64,000 nucleotides of DNA. Source: Lytechinus pictus (taxonomy: Eukaryota). Location: the NCBI RefSeq assembly GCF_037042905.1, contig NC_087248.1, positions 13,330,001 through 13,394,000 of the forward strand, read 5' to 3'. Positions 37,553-52,500 of the stretch are shown here, piece by piece. A program made the translations under genes and the position numbers. Position 1 is the stretch's first letter. Each line of letters opens with the position of its first letter. The notes under the pieces were generated by a model that was not told the origin of the DNA, ran no database searches, and was given only the letters and a program-made list of their open reading frames with translations.

Positions 37553-40500
37553 ATGAGTTCCGATCCACGTGCCAAGACATTGTTGGCAGGTATTGTATTT
37601 CCATTACACTCTTTTTTTTAATTTAAATTTTTATTTTGTTGTTCACGAGTGAGGATTGAAGTGTTTCTCGTTTGTTGAGCGTGTTGTGGTTGTGGATGGA
37701 TGATGGTCGATGCATAGGCCTGTGTCGTTAGTATAGTATGCCACAAGGCACAACTAAGTAATAGTACCGACCGGTATGCGTTTTGCTGAAATTTGTGCAG
37801 TTCTAATGTATTAACGTTAGACCCTATCCTTATAAATTAGGCCTAACAAGTAACTGTGTAGATCTAGACTAGATCCAAATGAGCTAAATCTTAGGAAGGA
37901 AAAAAAAAGGAACATCTGTCATCATTTTCAACATCTGCAAACATTTAACTTAAGTTGTCCATTCCATTCTTTTTTGGGAAATGGTCGCCAAAAGCCGCTT
38001 CTTTCTGCAATATGTGAACATGGTGAAGAATCCTGGCTTCATCGGTTTTCAAAATAATTTACGCAAAATGACTTTGTTTGCAATCAGGGCAATGCGAGGC
38101 TCTCCACGAATCTGGTTTCCGCTGTCTACGCGTGCAATATTCCTAGGGCGCTAGGCCCAACTTTCCATTACTTTTTAGTTGACACTTTTTGTAGATGACA
38201 TTGATGACGATAAACTCATCCCTCGCATTACTTTATTTTGTCAAATGTAATTTACTAATTCATCTTGAGTAGGTCTACCCGGCCCCACTCACATGTATTG
38301 CGAGGTTAGTATACTATAACACTACACATTTCCCCACTCTTCAAGACCACTTTCACAAAGTTCAAGCAGATGAAGGAAAAAACAAATCAATTAAAATTCA
38401 CTAGATCTGGGCCTACCAGTGCAGTAAATACATCAGAAACAAAATAAATCTCACAAGTAAACAAGAGTCATCACTGGTAAAATAAATCTAACTAAAACGC
38501 TCCGTAGAGTTGTATACGCTACTGGTTCATGGTTCCCCTTTTGACGAGTACCTGTACAATGTAGATTAAAGACAGCTTGCTCGTTCATCAATGAAAAAAT
38601 GAATCTTAAAAATGTTTATTTACTCTTCAAAATTGGAACCAGTTTGTACAGTTATTTGGGAAATTCTCCATAGAGGTGTACTAGCTGGTTCCCATTTTGA
38701 AAAGTAGATAAAGACAGTTTACTAGTGAGATTTATTTGTCAGAATCATCACTGACGAAACACTTTATATCACAATTTTAATTCCTGCTAGTGGAGTAGTG
38801 CTAAGCCTAAGCTAAAGTGTGCAAACAAATAATGTATCCTGAACTGAAGTGGAGACCAACTTTATTAGCAAAGTTCTGCATTGGAGACAATCTCTAATTT
38901 GACAAAATTTGTGTATTTTTTGGGGCTTTTTATTGATCAATTGTACTAATTGATTGATTGATAGATTAATATTATTAGTATTTTTTTTTTTGGGGGGGGG
39001 ATGGGGTGCCACTAGTGGAAGCTCAAGAGAATTTGTGTGATTTCACCTATTCAAATTTCATGTTTTGAAAGGCATCTCGCAAAACTATTCTCCACCTTTT
39101 TAATCTCTTTCTTAGTATATATGCATGTAATATTAAGTACGCAATTATTTTTACATTCAAAGGGGGATCTATACTTAACAAGCATTGCTTTTAGGCTAGC
39201 ATACCCCCCTCATTTTATGCTCTATTTTGTACTGCTTTTCTTTAAAATGTTGATCTGGTAATTCATATCTGATTTGTATGTTTGATTGGAAATGCAATTA
39301 ATAAATTGAACCGTTCCCTTTTAATTTGTCAATTTGATGTACAGTATATACATGTACACTGAATTTGATTTAAGTGATACTTTACTACTTGTGATTATTT
39401 GTATTGCAGCTCTGAGTGAAGTTGATAATAACCCAGCAGCATTGGGGTTCCTGCAGACTACTTTCACTGTTTTCAATCAACAGTCTCCTTCACCGGCCGT
39501 AAGCAACCCTTCAACAAGAGCTTCATCATCAACAGAGTAAGGAACAAAGTAGACCTGTTTCATAGATGGCCAATCATATAGAATGATTTCAGTAGCTTTA
39601 AAGATGAATGCCAGTTGTGGTAATGATCTCAAAATGAGTTTGTACAGAATCCAATTAAATGACAACCAAAGTGTCTGTTTGGATAAATAAAAAACATGTG
39701 CCAAATGATTCTGGAAGAAATTGTGTAATTGCTGAGAAATTAGTAAATAAGCACGGGATTCGGGTCAAGCGTCGGGCCGACATTCAAAGCAGTAATAATA
39801 CACTGTCCCAAGTGCGCTTATCTGTGTTGGTGATCTTCAGTGTGGACATTTTTCAGCGTAGATTTCAAGATTTCACAAAGTTCAGTTTGTGTAACTGTCC
39901 CAGATCTAGATCCTTGATGATATAGTGACAATTAAGCCTGGTTTTACAGACTTTCTCGTGAAATCAGCGTTTACTGCAACTACTTTCATTTATCTTTAAA
40001 CTCTTTGGGAATTTGTCATTGTAAAGGCAGCACTGGCTTAATTGGGTATCTTACATGTAATTCTGAGCCATCTAAAACCATGGATTGTACTGGTTTTGTC
40101 AAAGCGAACAATTTACATAATTTAGAAAATGCTGACAACTTCTACAGATTCATGAAACATCTTTCAGGGCCCCAAAATACCATGTAAAGCTCAGTGGTCA
40201 ATTAAACATTTTTTTCAGTATGATTGCTTGCAAATAGTAATAGTAATAATAATTCTACCTTTATTACACTATAATCGCTAAGTTTTATTTTAGTTACAGG
40301 GGGTATTCATTAAATACTAAAACAACTTTTTCAAAGCTGTGGACCACCCATTTCCTGAGAATATTGATTTTATCTTATATAGAATAAAGGAGAAAGCATA
40401 GATCATCATCATGTCATATTTGTTCCTAATTAAGCCTGAGTCCTGGTTAGATATTACCCAGAATGGCAAACATGTCAAACTGGTTCCTGGTATTGCCCTG

Positions 40501-43500
40501 AATCTGTTAAATTTATTTTTTCATTGTATCCCAACTTTTGAAGTTTCCCCCATTACCCAAGGTATTTTTTGCACCTACATGTGGTCAAGTATTAAATGGC
40601 CTGTGGTTTTATCAAATTGTCAATATCGATTATACTTCCTTGTCATGGGTCTGATTGCCAAAATTATCTCTTTTTTGTCAGTTCATATTATATCCCTTAC
40701 TTAAGATTGTTGAATTGAGAGTGTACACAAAGAGAAAAAGAATAGTTTTACTACGAAAAACGTTTGCCGTGAAATAGTTCATTTTCCTTGCTGACGTCAC
40801 GCATAGTCCATTTTTTCCCTAGGGAAAAAGTGAACTATACGTTTTTTCACGATTCGCGAGCTGTGCGACGCGATGCGAGCAGAGCGCTGTTCAGCCAAAC
40901 GGTACTCTCCACTGCATGCCACGGGAAACTTTCGGCGAGCTGCACTAACCAGGTGCGCTCGCTGAACAGACGATCCATACGGCAAGAATTAGTATTTTCT
41001 CAACTTCTCAACGATTGTTCTATATCGACTTATTAAAAATCGTTTCGCTGTAAAATGGTATGAGTGGAAGGGATATAAAACAAATATACAATGACCCATT
41101 CTCGGACAGGCTAAAACTATTCGCACTCAGGAACATCACATAGTACTATTCTCCCTCGGGCCGATGGCCCTCGGGAGAATAGTACTATGTGATGTTCCTT
41201 GGATGCGAATAGTTTTAGCCAGATCCTCGAGTGTCATTGTATATTTGTATAATATAAGTGAACCGTTTGCTTATTAAAACTAGTTATTTATTATGCTCTC
41301 CATAGTAAAAATATATCACAGCATTTACAAACATCAAACTGCATACTGGTAATAACAATACAAATGCATGTATGAAGGAGATAAAAAGAAAATGACTAAT
41401 TAGAAAAGAGGTGAGTTTTTAGAGATTTTTTAAATTGATCTGTAGTGTTTGATGATTTGATGAAAAAATGGATGTTGAACTTCCATTCTTTCGATGTGGT
41501 AACAGTAAAAGTGCGATCACCTTATTTTGTACGGGTCTTTGGAATAGCAAGCAGAAATGGGTCTTTGGATGAACGGAGATTAGGGCGAGATGGTCTATGG
41601 AAAGCAAGGCTGCATCTGATATATTTTGGTATCTGGTTATAAAGGGCTTTGATGGGTAGTTTGAAGACAAACAGTAGTAACTTAAATCATCGAGTCCAAC
41701 TTTGATATGGAGTGCTACCTCTATGATTCACTAGTATAATTATCTTGGCACGGTGCATTAGCAAGTGCCTTTTATTAGAAGTGTTCACATTATACCCCTT
41801 TTGCATGCAGGTAAATGTTCATCTTCATATCTTGTTGATATTCTCACTGTCTTCTTTTGACCTTTCAGTGAAGAAGTTGAAGTGATCAGCTCAGATACAT
41901 CAAGTTCTTCTAGCTCTTCTGCACCAAAGTTTCAGCTAATCGTGTCGCCTCAACATCGTGACCCACAGGTAAAACAAAAATAACTCTCTGTTGGATGTAA
42001 CCTGTGAAAAAAAATACTTCTACGTTTGGCAATGGGCAAATCACCTGAAAATGGCACAAAATCCCTTATAAGTTGCAATGGGACCCCCTGAAATTTGCTG
42101 TTGAATGCAAATGGAACTTGAAATGAATAGAAGTAGAAAAAGAGTTGCTTAATACTGTGCATATCAAGATAAATATTGGGGATTGATATTTCGTTAGTTT
42201 TATGATGTTGCTCAATAATGTCAGGATTTGAGAACACAAGGAAATTTTATGGTATTTTGAGCATAATGTTTATAAACATGCTTAAAATACAAATAAAAGG
42301 TATAAATACCTTTAATTTTATACATGCATGATGCATACATGAATACAGGTACTGTACTATGTGAGTGATAAACAAAATTTCATTGACAAGTTGGACTGTC
42401 TGCATATTAGACTAAATGAAAGGTAGCCCAGAGAATTAATATAGACCAAGTAATAATAATAATAATAGCTGGATTCATAAAGCACTTTTTGCCTGAGGAT
42501 ACAAAGCGCTGCTATTATTACCCCGGCTTTAGCTCGAGCTACCATCACCGGCGCTCAGTGCATTCAAGGAAATAATCCTGCCGGGTACCCATTCACCTCA
42601 CCTGGGTCGAGTGCAGCACAGTGTGGATAAATTTCTTGCTGAAGGAAAACACGCCATGGCTAGGATTCGAACCCACGATCCTCTGTTTGAAAGGCAAGAG
42701 ACAGAACCACTAGACCACGACGCACCCAGACTAAACATATAGACCAAACGGATAGTAGACCAAGTTGGTTCAGCCATGATGATATTAGATGTCTGAGAAT
42801 CAGACCATTTATTAATAGTAGAACAAGTAAATTCAAACGTTCCGTCTATTCTAATATACTCGTTGCAATTTTTTCCCCCAGACATATGACAGGACAATTG
42901 CGAAAGCAATTCCAAAGAAAGCATCGACACCAGGCAAGGAGAGTGCTACAACTGCCAATGAGAAGACTTGGAATGGTACACAGGTACAGAAACATGAAGT
43001 CAAGCACGATGTACTGAGTGCAGGAGCTGACAGGTTGGTTACAGTTTATCTTTAAACATGTCATTGTCCTCATCATAATCATTGCCATCACCACCANNNN
43101 NNNNNNNNNNNNNNNNNNNNNNNNNNNNNNNNNNNNNNNNNNNNNNNNNNNNNNNNNNNNNNNNNNNNNNNNNNNNNNNNNNNNNNNNNNNNNNNNNNNN
43201 NNNNNNNNNNNNNNNNNNNNNNNNNNNNNNNNNNNNNNNNNNNNNNNNNNNNNNNNNNNNNNNNNNNNNNNNNNNNNNNNNNNNNNNNNNNNNNNNNNNN
43301 NNNNNNNNNNNNNNNNNNNNNNNNNNNNNNNNNNNNNNNNNNNNNNNNNNNNNNNNNNNNNNNNNNNNNNNNNNNNNNNNNNNNNNNNNNNNNNTCATCT
43401 TCATCATCACCATCAATTCCATCACTATCATCATCAATGTCGTTACCATTATCATCATCACCATCATCTTTAATTTCATCCATTAGTTGTTAATCCCTCT

Positions 43501-46500
43501 TCTTTCACTGGTTGAAATTCACATATTTCAGGCTCACAAAGTAGTCTTTTATGATCTGGGTTCCGTAACACAAAGCATAATGATTGATCGTATGTTTGAT
43601 TTTTACGATCGATTGTACATTGTAGACAATGCAATCAATCATGAAAATTTGTTCTACGATCATTGCTAAGCTTTGTGTTATGGACTCCATGGGGTGTTTC
43701 ACGAAGAGGTAAGTGTGACTTACAGTCATGCTAACGCGCACATGATTATTTAACACCAATTCTTATTGATTGATAAGCAGCAGTGCGCGTCCGGTTGGTA
43801 TGATTTGGCCGATGGGTTGATGCCTTTTATACCACGCGCAACTGGGACTTTAAGTGCAACTCTAAAGTCATACTTACATGTAACTCTTTGTGAAACAGCC
43901 CTCGGGAGTGCTCTTTGATTTATTGTTTCTAAAAATTTATATTCAGTTTTAGATTAGAAATTCATTAAAAAATTTAAACAGACAGTGAAATATATCTTTA
44001 AGATAAAATCAGCACAGATCTTATTCACCTGTTACTCAGAATGCATGCAAATTATTCAAGCTATGATATTATTATGCACATTAAAGTGATCATTTCACTG
44101 AGCGTTGTGGCCCAGTGGATTAGTCTTCTGACTTTGAAACAGAGGGTCGTGGGTTCGAATCCCAGCCATGGCGTAATTTCCTTCAGCAAGGAATTTATCC
44201 ACATTGTGCTGCATTCAACCCAGGTGAGATGAATGGGTACCTGGCAGGAATTTATTCCTTGAAATGCCACCGCGCTGTAAAAAGGCTGCGGGGCTAAAGC
44301 CAGGGTAATAATATCCAAGTCCTTTGGAAGCGCATAGGGACGTTATGACATAATGTGATATGCGCTATACAAGAACTGCGTTATTATATATTTATTTTGA
44401 TATAAAAAATTCTCATTTTGGCTCTTGAAAATGGGCTAAACATGAGGTTTATGGTGTAAAAATGCCATCCCAAAAGTTTCAAGTATCATATCTACAGGAA
44501 ATATTTGAAAAAATTGGAGATGTAAACCAAAGTTTGAAGATAATTTGGGTTGGTTTTAATGACTATGTGTATACAGCGAATCTGTACACTACAACACATA
44601 AACTCTGGATGAACCCAGCATGACCTACGCATAGTGCATACAAGGTAGATCGAATGTACAGTGGAGCTAATGATAGTGTGTGCATAGGATATACACTCAG
44701 AAGGCAGTCAACACAGCCAACAGACTAATTGAATTTGAGAAAACTGGGCATAAGCTGAATGTGTCTTACAGATGGTTCTCAAAATCAAGCTACATGTAAT
44801 AAAAATCATCCCATATTGTGGTCTGTTTCAGGGTTTTGAGGACAAATGCAAGCACCCATACACATGTTTCATCTTAGTTTGAGAAGTTTTTAAATCAGCT
44901 GCTCACAAAGTGAAACGATCCCTTTGATATCATTATTGCATTGAAATAGTATTAATAGTCATCAGTTATCATGTTTTGGATGATGAAGTAAGATCAAGGT
45001 TTACATTGTTGTTATAGCAACACCCCAACTGGAAAATTTGAGAAGGCTGGCTGGTGCCGAAATGCAATGAATACCTCACCGCCCAAGGGTGGGGGTCGTG
45101 GAAGAGGTCAAGGCAGGGGAAGAGGGCAAGGAAGAGGGAGGGGCAGAGGGGATCATGGTAACCAAGGCAACCAAACCAGAGGAAGGGGGCGAGCTCTCCG
45201 AGGCAACGCAACAGGCTTGAATATGGCAGGGTAAGATACTGAGGGATACTGAATGACAGAAATTGCTTGTTAAAAATAATTGAAGCTAACTTTAGATATA
45301 TATCTCCATGCAGTTGAGGGGAATGATTTTTGCTTACCGAATTTGATTAGCTTTGTTTGGTCACAAGAGAAAAGCTCTCAACTGACTACATTCTGTACAG
45401 TCGTAGGTAAAAAATTTGCTACACAAAAGACTCTTTGTGTGTAAGTCTTTAAAGAATATTGAGCAAATTGTGATGGGATACCAGGAATATTATACCATGA
45501 AATGGGTTCGTTGATGAGCTTACTACTACACTCAAGGGTAAACTGTTCCATTAGGGTATATGGGAAATTTATATTTTACTTTTCTGACGTGATCAGGATT
45601 TATTTGTGATAAGATCTTTTGGTATGTTTGTTAATCTAGGAGACAGCAACAGACAACTCCTGTTGCAACACAGCAAGTTGCTCAAGTAGCAGCGAGGAAC
45701 TGGCGCTATGCCAACAGGTCAGACAACTTTAACCTAAGAAATCTGTTTGAATCTCTGTATGTGTTAGAAAATTGAAAGGAAAACGTACTTGGATATTAAA
45801 AGACAGTGGTCACTGATTTTCATACTGTTGAAGGGATTTATTAAAGGCTGTGCTCCATCAACTAACATGATGTAGATACAATAAGAATGATAAGGATGAT
45901 AATAGTTGATTCAGATATAGTACTCGTGTCTGTTAGCTACATGTATGACATTCCAGGCGCCTCTTTCATAAAACCTGTTATGATAACACAGTTTAAAGCT
46001 ACTGAAGTCTTTCAACTTGATTGGCTGATAGTAAATTTGTTGTGCAAATTGTAAATTTGTTATTGCAACAAGTCTTCATGAAATGGGACCCTGGTGCTCC
46101 ACACTCTGGTATAGAGTAGGGGTAATTTGGTATTTTACATTTTCAGGGAACACTTTCTTATCTGACAGCTTCACAGTGTTTGTGAGTGATGATCAGACTA
46201 TGCCTTTTCTTTGAGAATACTTTCTATAGTCTTATTTCTTGATAAATTGAATAGTATCAGTAGTTTGTTAATTTTCTTTGTTCTGAATGTCACCTTGTAG
46301 CAATTCAAGCTCCAAACCGCCTGTCCAAGAGCACGCCGTGTCAGTGTTAACCATACCACACACCGCAGCTGCAACAATCACTGCCACCGGCAACTGTGCA
46401 AACAACCAATCCCAGAATGTCAGCAGTGTTGCGAGCAACTGTTCCACCACCATTCAAGGTGGCAATAACTCTGTTGTTTCTTCCACCCAGTCGGTGGCAA

Positions 46501-49500
46501 CGCTATCCACACAACCCGAAGATACTCCAGAGAAAATGGAGGTTGTAGCACCTGAAATAGGAGAAGAAGGTGTGTTGAAAATAGTTGGGTTTTGTGAGGG
46601 ACATTTTTAAGTGAGCCTGTATTATAAGACTATGCTGCTCAGAATGTGGCATTGTGGGTGAGAAACCTGGCCAGATTTGAGGAGTAGAGCACATGAGGTG
46701 GTGCTATTTAAGGCTGCTGGTTCATATTGGCTTTAAAGGCATATAATGCCAAATGTAAATGTATAGTAGATATTTCTTTTCAGTCTGGGTTATTCCAAGA
46801 ATGAAATATTCTTTCACAAGAGCAATAACCAGAAAAGTATTTTCTTATTCTATACCAAAATATGACAGTACTCAAACTTACTGACTTTGGAGGAAATCGA
46901 TCTTGACAATAATTCCGAGGTCATGTTTCTATGTACAATTTTCCTATTTTTCTTTATGAATTCACTGCTCAATAATAAGGGAAATACTGTTTCCTATTTT
47001 TGAGCAAAATCATCTCTACTTTTCAGCTACTTGTGTTGGGAGGTCTTCTATTATTTTCCATTTATGAAAACCGGTGAATTATGTTTTAAACTTGATCAAT
47101 AATGGAAACTTGGAAAGTCTATTTTGTTAAAGAAAATGTACACAGCAAAATTGTGAATTCTGATTTGCAGAGGTATTGAATTCAATGGATTTTCTCATGA
47201 AAAGTAAAGGACTAAAGAGGATTTTGCATTTTGATTTTTTTGGTTAAGGAAAAATCACTGTTCCAACTGCTGTATTCTTTTTTATCTATTTTCTCTTTGT
47301 AAACCCGAGACTGATCCAGGATCAACTTAAAAAATGTATTCTTCTCTTTGTCTTTTCAGAAAATGTAACTGCTGCACCTGCTGCAAAGTCAGAGAGTAAG
47401 GAGTCTTTCGAATCATGTGAGATTATAGACCAAGCTAGCTCTCCTAAAGAAGACCCAATGGCAAGTTCCTTTATTACATAAGAAGTAGGGTAATGGAAGA
47501 TTCAAAGATAAATTGTAATAGCCGTTTCTGTAAATAGAAACTTTTCATATTTTTGCGCCTTTGCCCAGCGTTTATAGTTGGCTGTAGGTATATGTATTAT
47601 GTTTCTGGGTCATTTGGCCGTCCCATATTCATGACCAGGCGTGAAAAAAATCTACAAATAGTCCCACTGTGTAGGAGGACATCAAGTGCGATTTTGGTAT
47701 TAAGATGGTCAAATTTCAGTTTTTAGTATTTCTTAAGAAAGAAAATTTGACAATGATTTAAAACTTATTTTAAACAGTAAGAAAAAAAAAGGAATTAGGG
47801 TGAAAATTATGCACTTGCCGTGTAAATTCGTTATATCATAAAAACAAAATAACAAATTGATAACAAGAGAGTACATGTAGAAAACATGGGATTTTTATGT
47901 TAGTATGTACAAATATGTGTAAGAAACCACAAGGATTTACATGAATGGATAACTGTCATTTATTTATTATTTTTTTTCATCTGAATCTTGTGCAGGAAGC
48001 ATTGTGCTCAAACTGTGGGATATGGTCTATGGATGATCGATACTGTTTATCCTGTCAATGTGATTTTACACAACGCAAGCCAAAGAAAACTCGCCCAAGG
48101 ACTATAGAGTTTATTCCAGCCCCACGACAAACCTTCCGTAAAGGGACTTCAAAGAAAATTGGAAATTCGGTGTTGTTATCACCAATAGACTCTTCATCAA
48201 AAGCTAGGTACAGCACAGGAACAACCTCACATGGAACCGGCATACTGTCTACGTCTAGTTCTACAATGGCGAAGATTTCGCATGAGACTAGCGTATCAAA
48301 TTCAAAACCCGCCTCTGGGACAAGTTCACATAGCTTATCTTTGAAGTCTACAACAGCGATAAGTTCACAAGAGTCCGACACATCAACAAATCTTGGATCT
48401 GCTCCAGTGACGAGTTCACACGAGTCAAGCAAATCATCTGACCCTGGTTCTGCAACTGCTGAGAACTCACATGGGACAAGCCTAATAAAAACAAGCACAG
48501 GGACCACAGGGAGTGAAAGTTCCCAATCAAATTTAGTGAGCATCAAGACCTTCTCGTCAGCGTTTTCTGGATTTTGTGTGAAGCCTCATCCTACAACTAA
48601 GCAGAGATACATAATTGTTAAAAATCCAGAGGAGGAGACCAACCCCGTCTCGGTTTCAACCAGCTCGCCATCCATCAGTGCAAAGGCATTCTACGTGAAT
48701 AAGATAGCGGCGGTCAGCTCTGCGCCGCCCGTCAGCACGGGAGGCATTGCTACGTCAGCTGCCGCGCCGACTGATGCAAAGGAAAGTGGTGCCCAGAATA
48801 ATAGGAAGAGAAGCCTGAAGTCAAATGGAGGAAGAAGAACATCTGCAAAACGAGCTCCGCCAAAGCGAAAGGAACCAGGTTTGTCATGATATTATGAAGA
48901 GAAGTGCATGCATTTACATTTTAAAAAAGTATCGTGTGTATAAACAAATCATGAAATTCTTTCCTGTAGATTCTATGATGATAATGAAGAATTGTTTTAT
49001 ATATCCTGCTCATGGAACTGATTTTGTACTGAAATATTGTGAGGTTTAACCCTATCTAGGCCGGGGGGGGGGGGGGGGCCTCCGAGGCCCCCCCCTCAAC
49101 GAGTGGCGTGATATTTTTGCCGCGCAAATTTTTTTGACCACGCTGCTCGCTGACTTTTTACTTTCAAGTCTTGCGCAACTTTTGAGCCCAATTTTGCGTC
49201 ACCCTGGTACGTGGTTCCGAAATTACGCAACGTTATGTAAGTGCATGTCAGACCAAAAATTGCTCAAAAACGTGATTTTGTGTATAAAGTCAATGTGAAT
49301 TGTGTTTTCAACCAAAAATCATAAATGTATGATTATTTTTAGTTTTTCTGGTCTAAATGTATGTATTTTATGCTGTTTATGATCTTAGAAGAGTCCCCAA
49401 CGAATTTCATTGAAAAAACAATGACAAACAAAGGGTCCAAAAACAAAGAAATACATAAGAAATTGAAAAAATCAATATAATACATAAGAAATTGATCTGA

Positions 49501-52500
49501 TATCACAATTTTTTTTATATAAACTTGCTAAGAACACCATAAAGAGTTTCTATGCCAAAAATTAGAAGATTTTGAGCTTTATGTAGGGAGTTAGAGGAAA
49601 AAGTATGATTTCGTATGTACTAATAACGCATAAATTAGCATAATTACTTAATGACGATTCGCATGAAATAAATTACTATACAATTTTGTAGATTATATCC
49701 CAGACAACCTGCATGCCAATTTTCGGCGCAATCGCGCGGTTGACGGCCGAGATCTCAAGGGGGGGCCTGGGAGGCCCCCTTGGCCATATAAACTCCAAAA
49801 ATACCCCGGCCTAGATAGGGTTAAAAGCAACAAGTACACCAGTAATCTGCTGCACAACACAAATTGTGCACAAATGTATTCACTGCTAAATAATGTAAAT
49901 TTGCATTCCTTGGTTTAATATGAATTGTATCCTTTGTTCATGAGTTGAATGTAGTGTAAACTTTATAGTCACCATCAATAATGAGCGGCCAATATTATCC
50001 TAATTGTCATCTTCCTTTTCATCAACCTCATGATGATCTCAAAATATTCCACTCCAATAAACCTTGTACCATATGAAATTTCATTGAAATGGTGTTGCAC
50101 TAGATTCCTCTCATATCTAGCCATTTCATTTAAGAGATGTTTGCCATTTCTGAACATGTATTTCCTTGATATCTTTGCATGGGGATCTTTGGTCTTTTTC
50201 TGAATTACATACTGCTTACTCTAACTTTCTCTGTGACATGTCTTCTCGTCTCACTTCCTTCTCAACACGCAGTTCATTCGTTTTTTTTTTCATTTTTAAA
50301 GTTTCATCTTGTTCTTAATACCTTGACCTGGACCGTATTACATAAATCTTAGTGACTGATTGTGGTGTTGTTTTTCTTTATAATTAATCAAAGCAATCGA
50401 TCATAGAAATCAGTTCCACAATCAATAGCAAAGCTTTATGTAACTGTGCCCTGACCAGTGTTTCTTATACCTATATCGGAGAGGTCATATTGAAGTATTG
50501 TGGCTCTTTCTTTCTCCCACTGGCTCTAAACCCCAATGAAGTTTTTGGTATGAATTAATGATCAGCACACATAATATTTTCACCTGCAGAAATTGTCCTA
50601 ATATCGGATAGCGAAGACGAAGAAGAAAGTGCCAAACAAAAGCCTTCTGCTGCAGCTGCTTCCGAAGATGGTAAATATATATATATGTTAACTTCTCTCT
50701 GTGGAAAACAAAGTGATTTTCAAAAGTAATGTGGCATTATTGATTATGTAGCACATTAAATGAATAGGGACCATCTGAATATTGGTTCTAGGACAACTAC
50801 CCCCTGGACAATCACCCCCCGGACAACTACCCCCCGGACAATTACCCCCCGAGAACAATTACCCCCCGGACAATTACCCCCCGGACAATTACCCCCCGAG
50901 GACAACTACCCCCCCGAGGACAATTACCCCCCGGACAATTACCCCCCGGACAACTACCCCCCGGACAACTACCCCCCGGACAATTACCCCCCGGACAACT
51001 ACCCCCCGGACAATTACCCCCCTGGACAATTACCCCCCGGACAACTACCCCCCGGACAATTACCCCCCGGACAATTACCCCCCGAGGACAACTACCCCCC
51101 GAGGACAATTACCCCCCGGACAATTACCCCCCGGACAACTACCCCCCGGACAACTACCCCCCGGACAATTACCCCCCGGACAACTACCCCCCGGACAACT
51201 ACCCCCCGGACAATTACCCCCCGGACAACTACCCCCCGGACAACTACCCCCCGGACAATTACCCCCCTGGACAATTACCCCCCGGACAACTACCCCCGGA
51301 CAATTACCCCCCGAACAATTACCCCCGGACAATTACCCCCTGGACAACTACCCCCCGGACAACTACCCCCCGGACAATTACCTTCAGAAAATCCCCCTTT
51401 CTCTCCAGCATCAATTTTAGAATTAAGCGGGACCCATTATAAGTTTTGGTCGGTGGCATAGGTTTCCGAAATATTTTCTACTTTATCTTACGTTAATAAC
51501 TTTTTCTTTCTCTTTTATATTGCTCTTTCTCCTGTTCTCTCACTTTCTTCTTTTTTCCTTTTTTGTTTTTGTTTAGCGGCGCCTTCTGCATCATGAAAAA
51601 TGGGGAGGGGGGCTTGCACCCGAAACCTCCCGTTTGGCTATGCATATATACATCAGAAAATGTGTAAACTGGCCCTCATTCTAAGTTTTCATAGAACAAT
51701 TGAACACGATTAGTCATAATAATCACAAATGCTGAATATCTCTGATTCAAACTGATCTGATTTTTTTTAAATATCTATTTTGGGTTTAATTTCAGGAATG
51801 AAATCAGGCAAATAGATAAAACGTAAAAAAGACACCTTCATAGGTAGAAATATTGAAAGTCGATAATGCAACTATCAACACTAACACTGTTAAGTAGACC
51901 TATAAATCTGTTATTTTAAAACAGGTCAACTAACAAGAAGCTAATAATTATGAAACAATTGGTGCACATTCCAGATTAAGATGTGGCTTTATTAATACAG
52001 TGTAGCTAAAAAACTTTATGCAAAGATAATACACACAAGAACACCTTGTAACTTACAAAGGTGTTTTTGTGTGTATTATTCTTGGGTGAAAGCAATTAAA
52101 CATTAAAGAAGGAAATTAAGTACCAAATTTACTAAATTGTAAACAATATGACATAATCAAATACAGTGTTTTTCTATACAAATTGGCAGTCATGATAGTA
52201 TACAATTCGTTTAAGGTGCATTTTAAGGACGGTTTGTAAGAATTTATAAAGAAGTAGGCCTATGCAAATCAAATAATGCCACCGAGCAGCGTGAGCTAAA
52301 AATATTAATATTTAGACCATAAAACGGACATTTTACAGAGCACTTGAAAAATCAATTTGTAAATGTAAAAATAATGAAAGCTCGATATCCGAGATGAAAT
52401 ATGTTTTGTATATTGACTCCGAAACTTGATATTTTAAGCTCCATATCAGCCTATATTGAACAAGATATTAATCTCATCGAAAAAGCGATGCGAGCGCGAA

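Noticed and set aside
42640-42728. tRNA genes (also ~44100 and ~61062)
   Set aside because: A and B boxes are present, but each continues into a shared SINE body and (ATT)n tail; no full cloverleaf.
43018-43486. His-, Met- or Asp-rich ORFs
   Set aside because: They span an N gap and a CAT microsatellite; artefacts.
50791-51381. CRISPR-like array
   Set aside because: Contiguous tandem units with no unique spacers, no cas genes, and a eukaryotic intron context.
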